The notes below the pieces were generated by a model. It did not search any database. It saw only the letters and a program-made list of their open reading frames with translations, and was not told where the DNA came from. 40,824 nt of DNA, taken from the IMG/VR virus record IMGVR_UViG_3300037714_000079, positions 1-40,824 of that record, one strand, 5' to 3'. Source of the DNA: a virus. Lineage: Duplodnaviria; Caudoviricetes. Below, piece by piece: positions 15,945 to 23,869 of the stretch (its first letter is position 1; each line of letters opens with the position of its first letter). Position numbers and translations under genes: made by a program.

Positions 15945-16426
15945 CTGAGACGCCCCGTGAAGCGATTCTGACCGAGGCTGCCGGGCTGATCACCGGAGAC
16001 CGCAATAAGACCTACGGGTCTCCTACGGAGAACTTCTCCAACACCGCCGCCCTTTGGAGTGTTCAGATCGGCCACAAGCTGACGGAGCCGCTTACGGCGG
16101 CTGAAGTCGCTCAGCTCATGGTTCAGCTCAAGATGGCCCGGATGATCGCTCAGCCGAAGCGGGATAACTTCGTAGATGCGGCTGGTTATATAGCATGTGG
16201 CTGGGAGTGTGAAGAGGCAGACTCAGCCCTAAAACCAACTATCCGCTACGCGACGGATTCTGATGGATGGATTTACCGTTGGGATGGGTCTAGACTGACG
16301 TTCGTGGAGTACGCGGGGGCGGCACGTAAAACGTCTGTCTATAGCGGTATTGAGGTACTTTGGGCTGACCTAGAGGATACTGCTTACGAAATCCCGATCG
16401 ATGAGGTTCCGGAGTGGGCGCGATGA
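15941..16426 (+). CDS. DUF6378-domain protein with extra C-terminal domain
   Basis: ILxEAxxLIxGDRxxxYGxPxENF..LKxAR..DxxVDxAGY. Confidence 0.8.
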   Translation: MTETPREAILTEAAGLITGDRNKTYGSPTENFSNTAALWSVQIGHKLTEPLTAAEVAQLMVQLKMARMIAQPKRDNFVDAAGYIACGWECEEADSALKPTIRYATDSDGWIYRWDGSRLTFVEYAGAARKTSVYSGIEVLWADLEDTAYEIPIDEVPEWAR

Positions 16427-16692
16427 TTATCGTCAAAGCCGTCCAGACCTGTTGGGCTTGCCCCTCGCAATGGGATGCCTGGACTGATACAGGCCAGTAT
16501 CTCTATCTCCGCTATCGGTACGGCCACGGCACCGTGACGGCCTTCGAGGGGCCCAATTGGGAAGAGTGGACTCGGCGAGATGCCCCTCTTGCCGAGTTTT
16601 CTACGTGTAACCCCTGGGACGGCATTATCTCGCTCCAGGCGTTCGCGGAGAAAGCCGGACTCACCCTGAGCGATGACTTGGAGGAATCGTGA
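16423..16692 (+). CDS. Conserved hypothetical protein (QTCxACPSQWDAW..YLRYRxG)
   Basis: Motif common in actinophages; ATGA overlap. Confidence 0.75.
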   Translation: MIIVKAVQTCWACPSQWDAWTDTGQYLYLRYRYGHGTVTAFEGPNWEEWTRRDAPLAEFSTCNPWDGIISLQAFAEKAGLTLSDDLEES

Positions 16693-17054
16693 CCTATACC
16701 AATCCTCCACCCCGGTCTGACCTCAAATGGATCGGGGTTGATCTCGATGGCACCCTAGCCTACCCGTTGTGGACCCCGGATAACCCGACATCGGGTATCG
16801 GTAACCCGATTGCTGAGAACGTCCACAAGGCGGACGAACTGCGTATTGAGGGCTACAAGATCGTGATTCACACCTCCCGCCCGTGGACGGACTACGAAGC
16901 GATCGAAGGCTGGCTTGATCACTGGGGCATCCCTTGGGATCAGATCCAGTGCGGGAAGCCATTGTTCGCTAGCTACTGTGACGATCGGGGGGTGCATGAG
17001 TCCTCAACCTCGTGGGTTCCTGGAGGAAACCATTGCCGAACGTGTAGCTGTTGA
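16689..17054 (+). CDS. HAD-superfamily phosphatase (capless, PNKP-like)
   Basis: VDLDGTL, HTSR, GKP, YxDDR. Confidence 0.8.
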   Translation: MTYTNPPPRSDLKWIGVDLDGTLAYPLWTPDNPTSGIGNPIAENVHKADELRIEGYKIVIHTSRPWTDYEAIEGWLDHWGIPWDQIQCGKPLFASYCDDRGVHESSTSWVPGGNHCRTCSC

Positions 17055-17463
17055 TCGCTATTGGGACCGGGTTGTTGTGAAGCCCGGTTGCTGGGCTTGG
17101 CTGGGCTCCAAATTGCCGAGTGGCTACGGCTTGTTCGGCCATCGCGGGCGATCCGTTTATGCACACAGGTTTAGTTACACCTTGCATAAGGGATCAATCC
17201 CCGGCGGTTGGGTTGTTATGCACAAGTGTGACAACCCGGAGTGCTCTAATCCCCTTCATCTGGAAGTGGGTACTCAGGCGGATAATCGTCGGGACTGTGC
17301 AGCCAAGGGCCGGAACCCCCTGAACGGTAACCACCTGAAGACCCACTGTAAGAGGGATCACGACCTGTCGATCACTTCTAGGAGAACGGGCCGGGGTAAT
17401 CAACGTGTGTGCACTGAGTGCGAGCGCATGAGACAACGCGGGAGAAAGCGAATCCGGAGATGA
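16996..17463 (+). CDS. HNH homing-type endonuclease
   Basis: CWxWxG..GYG..AHRFSY..MHKCDNPxCxNPxHL..GTxxDN; KTHCKRxH and CxxC. Confidence 0.88.
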   Translation: MSPQPRGFLEETIAERVAVDRYWDRVVVKPGCWAWLGSKLPSGYGLFGHRGRSVYAHRFSYTLHKGSIPGGWVVMHKCDNPECSNPLHLEVGTQADNRRDCAAKGRNPLNGNHLKTHCKRDHDLSITSRRTGRGNQRVCTECERMRQRGRKRIRR

Positions 17464-17512
17464 ACGAAATAGATGATCGTGGCCGACACGAGTCGGCGGA
17501 AAGCTGGCTTCC

Positions 17513-17704
17513 GTGAAGAACGTCCGTAGTGAGCTGACCGATTACGGGTTCCAATTCGGGGCGGCTCTTGTCGAGCGTTGTGCCGAGATTCGAGGAACCA
17601 CGATCACGCGAATCACTCCCGATACGGGTGAGAGGTTGGATATATACGTCTCCCCAACCGGTCGATCGGTCCGGGTGTTCCGGGGCGGCAAGGAGTTGAA
17701 GTGA
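17513..17704 (+). CDS. Hypothetical protein
   Basis: IYVSPTGRSVRVFR-type small phage protein. Confidence 0.65.
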   Translation: MKNVRSELTDYGFQFGAALVERCAEIRGTTITRITPDTGERLDIYVSPTGRSVRVFRGGKELK

Positions 17705-17737
17705 GTAATTTGTCAGAGAGAATCCTCCTAGCCGCTA

Positions 17738-17992
17738 TTGAGGGTCCAGCCGATGTGGGGTGACCCAATTCGCACGACGCCCGACGGCCGAGGTATCCCG
17801 TGCGTAAAGAAAGTCGCCTGGACGGCCTATTGGTCGGATGCGGAGGGGCGTCACGAAGAGGACGGCGTCTCCTGGGACGTAACCCTCCCCGACTCCTTGG
17901 AGTTCGAGTGTTGCGGTCTGACCGAGGGGCGGACGTTCGAGACTTGGGCGGACGCCTTGAAGTTCGCTCTAGGCCGGTCGTGGGAACGATGA
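17738..17992 (+). CDS. Hypothetical protein (start uncertain)
   Basis: ORF in operon; ATGA overlap downstream. Confidence 0.55.
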   Translation: MRVQPMWGDPIRTTPDGRGIPCVKKVAWTAYWSDAEGRHEEDGVSWDVTLPDSLEFECCGLTEGRTFETWADALKFALGRSWER

Positions 17993-18201
17993 AAACCCTA
18001 ATTCCCTGGGCTCTCCTGGGTGGCCTGATTCTACGTCAGGCCACCCGAAGGGAGTGCGATTGCGTGGTACTGAGACGTCGGCTAGTCCTCGCTCACCGGG
18101 ATGCCCGAGGTTGGCGAGAGGAAGCCGTCTTCTGGGCTAAGAAGTTGGATGAGGCCATGATCCGAGAACAGGAAGTCCCCGACCGATTGGAGACGGCGTG
18201 A
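17989..18201 (+). CDS. Hypothetical protein
   Basis: ATGA overlap start; short hydrophobic N-terminus. Confidence 0.55.
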   Translation: MKTLIPWALLGGLILRQATRRECDCVVLRRRLVLAHRDARGWREEAVFWAKKLDEAMIREQEVPDRLETA

Positions 18202-18647
18202 AGTACACCTTCGAGTTCTTCGAGTACGGGAACGCGCGGGACCCCGGGACTGGGTATTACAAGTTCTACGACGAGTTCGGCCGTGAGACTAGCCGAGATG
18301 GCGGGTGCGCTGACTCTTGGCCGAAGACTAAGGCTGATGCTCAGGCGAGGTGTAACTACCTAGAGTGGTACGACGCTCTCCCGGTCGGCCAACGGGTAGG
18401 AGGCTGGCTCTCGGAGATCCGAACGGTTCATTCCCGGGCTATCGACGCCATCCGCCGTCTAGTCAAAGACGAGCATGGAAACTATGTCCATCCCTATGAC
18501 TGGACTGAAGACCAGTTCCAGGAAGCCACCTCTCAGGGTTCGGAGGAGGACGGCCAAATCGTACGACATCTGTACTTCGTAGCCGAATTTCTTCGATGGG
18601 CCGAGAAGACAGGACGTCCACCGAAGTACCCAGGAGCGAAGAAATGA
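18198..18647 (+). CDS. Hypothetical protein
   Basis: GGAG SD, GTGA overlap. Confidence 0.7.
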   Translation: MKYTFEFFEYGNARDPGTGYYKFYDEFGRETSRDGGCADSWPKTKADAQARCNYLEWYDALPVGQRVGGWLSEIRTVHSRAIDAIRRLVKDEHGNYVHPYDWTEDQFQEATSQGSEEDGQIVRHLYFVAEFLRWAEKTGRPPKYPGAKK

Positions 18648-18820
18648 CCGGCCCTATCGATCCGTCTCGGCCCCGCAAGGGGTTCATCATCGAAGCTAAG
18701 CGCCGTTCCGGAACTACGCTGTTCAAGTTCGCTGAACACGACGAAGCGTTGGTGGCCATCACTACTGAGCTAACGGTTAGAAACGAATTCAAGTCAATAA
18801 CGTGGAGGCCCGTAGAATGA
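18644..18820 (+). CDS. Hypothetical protein
   Basis: AGGAG SD, ATGA overlaps. Confidence 0.6.
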   Translation: MTGPIDPSRPRKGFIIEAKRRSGTTLFKFAEHDEALVAITTELTVRNEFKSITWRPVE

Positions 18821-19104
18821 CCACCCTTGATATCAATGGCAACACGGTCATCCGGGATGTGCGCTCGCACGGAATTCCGGGGTTGCTGGGGGCCCCGGAC
18901 GGAGCACTCATCGGCGGGCCGAAGGTCCGTACCGTCCTAGTCACCGAGAAGCGGTTCCCGGATCTAGATGCCCGGTACGTGATCGAGCGGGATACGTTGA
19001 CCCAGCTACGAGCAAGGGCTGCCCATGCGCGGGCGGTTAGGAAAACCCTCGGACAGCTCAACGGCTCCGAATCAACCGAGGGCATACCCGGAAAGGCGGC
19101 CTGA
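18817..19104 (+). CDS. Hypothetical protein
   Basis: GGAGG SD, ATGA overlap. Confidence 0.6.
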   Translation: MTTLDINGNTVIRDVRSHGIPGLLGAPDGALIGGPKVRTVLVTEKRFPDLDARYVIERDTLTQLRARAAHARAVRKTLGQLNGSESTEGIPGKAA

Positions 19105-19478
19105 TGTGCTCTCCCATGCCCGACATTGACGTATTTTCCGAACCTCCTCATTGGCGGGAGCTGGGGGAAGCTGAGGCCGAACTCAAGCGCCAGGATGAGC
19201 GTTGGGGCCAGCAGGACCACCCGGACGCCTCTATGGAGCTTGACGGATTCCCCGCGATCCTCGGCCCCCATCGAACCTTGGCTGTCATCCGTTCACAGGA
19301 GTCCCTCTCTCGGGAGAGGGGGCGACTTGGGTGGGATTTGATCCTCTTGGAGGAGGTCTACGAAGCCCTCAGCGAGCCGGACAACGACCGGAGGTGTGAG
19401 GAGCTGATCCAGGTTGCCGCCGTCGCGCTCCAGTGGGTTCAGGCTATCCGCCGACGGGATGCCAAACTGCTGGCATGA
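19104..19478 (+). CDS. MazG-like nucleotide pyrophosphohydrolase
   Basis: QDxRWGxQDHPD..WxxILxEEVxEA..ELIQVAAVAxxW. Confidence 0.75.
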   Translation: MCSPMPDIDVFSEPPHWRELGEAEAELKRQDERWGQQDHPDASMELDGFPAILGPHRTLAVIRSQESLSRERGRLGWDLILLEEVYEALSEPDNDRRCEELIQVAAVALQWVQAIRRRDAKLLA

Positions 19479-19786
19479 CGGCCATAGAAGACGCGAAGAA
19501 GCACGCTCAGGATCTCGTCGGGCGATACGGCCTCGGAAACCCGGCGTTGGACCTCGGGGGCTCAGTCCCAGAGGACCGTATACGGGGGTATAAGAAGCTG
19601 CTCCGCTTGTCCCGAGCGCGAGACATGCAGGACAGGGTAACCGGCACTCTCGGGTGGGATGATCTTCTGCTAGAAGAGTTACTAGAAGTCTTCACATCAG
19701 ACACCGATGCGGAGCGCTATAGTGAACTGATCCAGTTGGCAGGAACGTCCCTCGTGTACGCGGAGGCTGTTAAACGACGACGCTAG
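19475..19786 (+). CDS. Second, divergent MazG-like paralog
   Basis: LGWDDLLLEELLEV..ELIQLAG..YAEAVKRR aligns with the upstream gene. Confidence 0.65.
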   Translation: MTAIEDAKKHAQDLVGRYGLGNPALDLGGSVPEDRIRGYKKLLRLSRARDMQDRVTGTLGWDDLLLEELLEVFTSDTDAERYSELIQLAGTSLVYAEAVKRRR

Positions 19787-19793
19787 ATACAAC

Positions 19794-19837
19794 AAAGCCC
19801 CCTCCTGAGCCCCTAGTGGCTCAGGAGGGGGCTTTTT
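19794..19837. terminator. Bidirectional intrinsic terminator between the convergent arms
   Basis: AAAGCCCCCTCCTGAGCC-6 nt-GGCTCAGGAGGGGGCTTT-TT. Confidence 0.9.
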
Positions 19838-19861
19838 GTCGTTATTAAGAGGCTGGGTCGT

Positions 19862-20047
19862 TCACGGTTGATGTTCTGCCCTCCACTGGCGGTCAGCCTC
19901 GGCGGTCTCTGCCCAAGCCTCTTCTGTCATTTTTGAGATCGTTGTGGGTAATCTCGGCGCATCGAGATCGATCTCACCGCCTACACGATGTCCACGGTGA
20001 TCGAATTCGAGGGAATACCCCGGGGTCATATTGGAGGCCTCTGGCAT
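19862..20047 (-). CDS. Hypothetical protein
   Basis: TGATG coupling to the upstream gene. Confidence 0.5.
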   Translation of the reverse strand: MPEASNMTPGYSLEFDHRGHRVGGEIDLDAPRLPTTISKMTEEAWAETAEADRQWRAEHQP

Positions 20048-20271
20048 CACGCCCCCATCCTCACTGCACAGTAAGGACACCGACACCCTGTGTTGTGCAC
20101 AGGACGGACTTCACTGCGGAAGAACCGCTTGTCCGGGTATCGCCTCCGGGCCTGGCACCAAGGGACGAACGCCGTGATGGTGGGGTCCTGTAGTGAATCT
20201 TCGTTGAAATCGTGGATGTACCCGTCCGAGGTGACATACCGGGCCGTCCACGTGTCTGCGGTTATCGGCAT
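20047..20271 (-). CDS. Hypothetical protein with C-terminal CxCxxC
   Basis: ORF in the operon downstream of the integrase. Confidence 0.55.
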   Translation of the reverse strand: MPITADTWTARYVTSDGYIHDFNEDSLQDPTITAFVPWCQARRRYPDKRFFRSEVRPVHNTGCRCPYCAVRMGA

Positions 20272-20438
20272 GGCTCAGCCCGCCGGGGTCCGTAGGCTGT
20301 CTCGCTTGCCCACAGACCCGTGACGGGCTGAGAGTAAGCGACTTTCTCAACTCCCCGTGCCCTGTGGCACGGATCGACGCTGTCCGCTTGGGTGATCATG
20401 CAATTGTCCTTGATCAGGCCCGGCCCGTTGCCGGGCGG

Positions 20439-20660
20439 TCAGCCGATAGTAGGCGTTGGCGTGTCATCTGTCACGCCGTAGACCGTGTGTCCCACCCGGA
20501 CGGAGGAAGCTCCTTGGGCTAGCTCTGAGACAGCCTGAGCGGCCTCCTGGGCTAGGCGTCCGTTCCCTAGGTGGTCCCAGCCCTCAGCAAGTCGGCGGAT
20601 TTCACCGGTCAGTTCCTGCCTGCTACCTTCAACCCTCAAGTGGTCCGGAGATCGCTTCAT
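20439..20660 (-). CDS. Hypothetical protein coupled to the integrase
   Basis: ATGA overlap with the integrase stop. Confidence 0.6.
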   Translation of the reverse strand: MKRSPDHLRVEGSRQELTGEIRRLAEGWDHLGNGRLAQEAAQAVSELAQGASSVRVGHTVYGVTDDTPTPTIG

Positions 20661-21943
20661 GAGGCTAGGTTACCGGTCAGGATCTCAACTTCGATCACTT
20701 CGGGCTTGTGGGACGTCTTCCGGACACCGATGCGCACCCCCCGCTGTCGTAGCTCATCCCCGAGTTCGGCGAGGGTCAGCCGATCAACCTCCTCAGCCCA
20801 TGTACGGCCTGTGTTAACCCGTTCTACGCGGTCATTAGGTGATCGCGCTTCCAATTCGGTTAGCTTCTCGGACAGCTCAGACATACGGGCCAGCAAGGCC
20901 ACCCGATCTCCGTCCGCCATCTGACCGGCAACTTGGGTTAGTTCTACTCGACATAACGCGGCTTCAGCGGCAGTCGTATCCGGGTGCACGATCTCATCAA
21001 TAACCGGTTCCGCCCCAAAGGCTGAGACGAATTCGATTGTGGCGAGTTCGGCCAACACCTCCGCTCGAATTCCTAAGGTGTGCCCCTTCTCGGGGCACCG
21101 GTAATAGCACTGGGCGGATCGTCCACGGCCCGCGCCCTGTCGTTGTATGCGCAAGATGTGGCCACACACAAGACAGCACACTACGCCAGTTAGCTCGGCC
21201 GACCCGGACCGTATGCGTACTTGAGTGGGCTTTTGGGCCTTCTCAAAAGTCTCCGGGTCAATAATTGCCGGAGTAGGTACAGGACCTATCCCTATGTACG
21301 CATGGTTACGGATAGCTCTAAATACGCGGGGCTCCAGCCATTGGAGCTTACGCGCTATTTCCGGCACCCGCACCCCGTTGGCAGCCATTTCAAATATGCG
21401 GCGGATGTCCCCCTCGGTGTCTGGATTAATCTCCAAGCGGCCTTCAGAATCTAGGCGGTAACCGTGGGTCATTCCTCCCCCTAGCCATTTGCCGTCAGCC
21501 CGTAGCTTCGCACGGGCATCGGCGGACATTTCTAAGGAGGTAGTTCGAGCCATCTCCGCGAAAACCGCCGCGAGGGTAATGAATGCCTTAGCATACGGGC
21601 CTGCCGAGTCGAGTCCGTCAGCGACGGTAACCAGTCGTTTACCTCTCTCGTCCAACCATTGCAGTAGGAGGAGAGTGTCCAGCGCATCCCGCCCCACCCT
21701 GTCTAGCCGCCAGGCCACCATGACGTCCCAGGGTTTCGGCGGGGTATCCGTTAACCAGGGACCTAGGCTCGGTCGTTCAAACGGGGAGAGGGACCCTGAA
21801 ACCCCGAGGTCTTGGGTTCGGTGCACAAGGGTGCCCCCATGTACCTTGATCCACTTATCTTGGTGTTCTGCCTGCCGCTCGGGAGAGGTTGTCACCTCAC
21901 TGAGCTGGGACAACCGTGTAACGCCTAGTGTTTTTAGCTCCAT
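20657..21943 (-). CDS. int: Large serine integrase (Bxb1-like)
   Basis: RLS catalytic motif, TTSPERQ, DxGVSG, RLDRxxR; Zn ribbon CxxCG..YYRC..H; coiled coil. Confidence 0.92.
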   Translation of the reverse strand: MELKTLGVTRLSQLSEVTTSPERQAEHQDKWIKVHGGTLVHRTQDLGVSGSLSPFERPSLGPWLTDTPPKPWDVMVAWRLDRVGRDALDTLLLLQWLDERGKRLVTVADGLDSAGPYAKAFITLAAVFAEMARTTSLEMSADARAKLRADGKWLGGGMTHGYRLDSEGRLEINPDTEGDIRRIFEMAANGVRVPEIARKLQWLEPRVFRAIRNHAYIGIGPVPTPAIIDPETFEKAQKPTQVRIRSGSAELTGVVCCLVCGHILRIQRQGAGRGRSAQCYYRCPEKGHTLGIRAEVLAELATIEFVSAFGAEPVIDEIVHPDTTAAEAALCRVELTQVAGQMADGDRVALLARMSELSEKLTELEARSPNDRVERVNTGRTWAEEVDRLTLAELGDELRQRGVRIGVRKTSHKPEVIEVEILTGNLAS

Positions 21944-21954
21944 TCGGCAAAGGG

Positions 21955-22002
21955 TAGCATCCGCATACTTCAGCCGCCGCCGCTGACCCCAAGAGGTTGC
22001 TA
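21955..22002. other. Candidate attP overlapping the int promoter
   Basis: 48-bp imperfect inverted repeat TAGCA..TCAGC / GCTGA..TGCTA just upstream of int. Confidence 0.4.
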
Positions 22003-22025
22003 ACGTACGCGGGGTTGAAACGACG

Positions 22026-22067
22026 AAAAGCCCCCTACCCGGCCGTGGTGGCTAGGTAGGGGGCTTC
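22026..22067 (-). terminator. Intrinsic terminator ending the late/lysis operon
   Basis: Minus strand AAGCCCCCTACCTAGCC-ACCAC-GGCCGGGTAGGGGGCTTTT. Confidence 0.85.
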
Positions 22068-22075
22068 TGTGTTTA

Positions 22076-22252
22076 CTACTTGTTAGCGGGGCCGATGGCG
22101 ACACCGAGAGCTGCCAGGAGCGGGCTCAGGCCACCCAGAATGGCGGCTACGGTGTGGACGTCAAGGTGCACATCGAAGGCTGCCAACAGGCCAACGACGG
22201 CCGCTGGGGATAGCCCGAAGACAGCCGCTAGGACGGCTTTGGCGTACTTCAC
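22076..22252 (-). CDS. Holin-like two-TM protein
   Basis: Two hydrophobic helices, directly after the endolysin, GTGA overlap. Confidence 0.75.
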   Translation of the reverse strand: MKYAKAVLAAVFGLSPAAVVGLLAAFDVHLDVHTVAAILGGLSPLLAALGVAIGPANK

Positions 22253-23076
22253 GCGCACCACGCCGTAAACGGTGCCGATGCGTCGTAGAAGAGCGTCACC
22301 CCACGCACACCCTCAGGGAGAGCGACGGGCCCCGGACGGTCAGCATCGAAGTTCACCCCTCGATCACCAAGGTAACGGCCGAGAGCGGTACCCGCCGGGG
22401 TATCCCCGATGTAGTACACGTGGCCATAGACCTTAGCCCCCTTGCCTCCGACGAGACAGAACAGCGACCGCGCACCATTCGTAGGGATGGAAACCTGGCC
22501 CTTGCCAGCCGCTCCCTGAGCCATTAGATCCTCCTGGTTAGTACGGGCGGGCGGGGCAGAGCCCCCGCCGCCTCCGCCGTTAGCCACGGCGGGAATAAGA
22601 ACATCACGGGTTTGAGCAATCCGGGGGGCCCCAGGACAGCTCTTGGAAACTGGGGTCCAAGGACCGGGGGCCCCGAACTGCACATGCCACCCGATACCTG
22701 ATCCATAAGCGTTAGGGATCTGCCGCTTCGGGATACCATGGGTGTCACAGATCCAGGTAACGAGACGGATTAGAGCTTGAAGTTGAACCGGGGTCCATTC
22801 CCGGATCTTCCTGCCATCCTCGGTCTCGATGCTTACCGCGAAGCTGTTCGCGTTCTTGTTCGCGTCCGCCCGGATCTGGGTGTCCATGTACTGTTCAATG
22901 ACACCTTCCTCACTCACATAAAAGTGGCTTTCGAGGTCGGAGTTGTGCTGAAAGAAGTTGAACAGCGAGTCAGACGCGCTAACCGCTGTGTGTAGGATGA
23001 CCGCTCGTGGCGTAATTGACCCTTGGGTGTGGTTCTCACTGAGCGGCTTGTGTACCGCAAACGGACACCAAGCCAT
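22249..23076 (-). CDS. Endolysin, N-acetylmuramoyl-L-alanine amidase (Amidase_2) plus C-terminal domain
   Basis: ILHT, SHFYV, SIET, GWH, KxCPG Zn ligands; Gly linker. Confidence 0.9.
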   Translation of the reverse strand: MAWCPFAVHKPLSENHTQGSITPRAVILHTAVSASDSLFNFFQHNSDLESHFYVSEEGVIEQYMDTQIRADANKNANSFAVSIETEDGRKIREWTPVQLQALIRLVTWICDTHGIPKRQIPNAYGSGIGWHVQFGAPGPWTPVSKSCPGAPRIAQTRDVLIPAVANGGGGGGSAPPARTNQEDLMAQGAAGKGQVSIPTNGARSLFCLVGGKGAKVYGHVYYIGDTPAGTALGRYLGDRGVNFDADRPGPVALPEGVRGVTLFYDASAPFTAWCA

Positions 23077-23089
23077 GTGGGTGCTCTCC

Positions 23090-23365
23090 TTATTTACCGA
23101 TGAAGGGTAGGAAATTAGGTACCCAGGCCAGCGCCGCTACGGCCAGTGCCAACCATGTGACCTTGTTATCTTTCTTAGCGTTCTCAGCAGCGGTCACCCT
23201 GTGCTCAAGAACCGCGATACGGGGATCCTGCTTGGCCATATAGCCACGAACTTCACTGGCTAGAGTCGACATATCCGCCCGGGTTTCCGCGAGGCCGTCA
23301 TGTACAGCTTCCCGCACAGCGGTCAATTCCTCTCGGACGTACTGAAAAGGGTCAGGAGTCGTCAT
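23090..23365 (-). CDS. Coiled-coil protein with C-terminal TM (lysis-cassette associated)
   Basis: GGAGG SD, TAATG coupling; C-terminal hydrophobic helix. Confidence 0.7.
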   Translation of the reverse strand: MTTPDPFQYVREELTAVREAVHDGLAETRADMSTLASEVRGYMAKQDPRIAVLEHRVTAAENAKKDNKVTWLALAVAALAWVPNFLPFIGK

Positions 23366-23868
23366 TACGCCACCCTCCAAACTCGTGCTTGCGCGGGGCG
23401 AAGACCGTGGTTCAAAGACGTGTTAGCCCCGTTGTTGTAGAAGTAGGCACACACCTGAGTTCCGGATGTCAGCCGTACTCGGCCAGAGACGCCGTAATCC
23501 GGACCATCAGCAAATGAGATGAACGGCAAGACGTGCGTCGCATCATTGTATGAGGTAGCTCCAATGCACACGCCTCCGTTAACCGCAGCGTTAGCTCGGA
23601 TCTGAACCCAGAACTGGTAGTGGCCAGTCGCCCCGATCTCCCATGTATTGGAAGACAAGAGCGTGATTCCGTTGGGTGAGATGCTTGTAACTCCGAACAC
23701 GAGCTTGTTAGAGCCCGTGTTCAGTGCGTACGACCCTGAGGAGGCCCATTCTCCACCAGTAGCGAGGATGGCCTCCAAGGAGTCCGTGCGACCGTCCAGG
23801 GTGGAGATCCCTGATTCCAAGGTGTTAGCGTCGGCTGCTGTCCAGTCCTCACCGGCGAAAAAGGTCAT
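23365..23868 (-). CDS. Minor tail / receptor-binding protein
   Basis: N-terminal FxAGExxTAAxxN anchor; beta-rich C1q/TNF-like C-terminus. Confidence 0.7.
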   Translation of the reverse strand: MTFFAGEDWTAADANTLESGISTLDGRTDSLEAILATGGEWASSGSYALNTGSNKLVFGVTSISPNGITLLSSNTWEIGATGHYQFWVQIRANAAVNGGVCIGATSYNDATHVLPFISFADGPDYGVSGRVRLTSGTQVCAYFYNNGANTSLNHGLRPAQARVWRVA

Positions 23869-23869
23869 A

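Noticed and set aside
17701-17763. 20-aa ORF with a good SD that might frameshift into 17738-17992
   Set aside because: No slippery site or homolog evidence; cannot be distinguished from a gene remnant
13137-19786. Z-genome (2-aminoadenine) or other base-replacement pathway
   Set aside because: No PurZ or other base-synthesis enzyme recognised; the atypical PolA and MazG genes alone are insufficient
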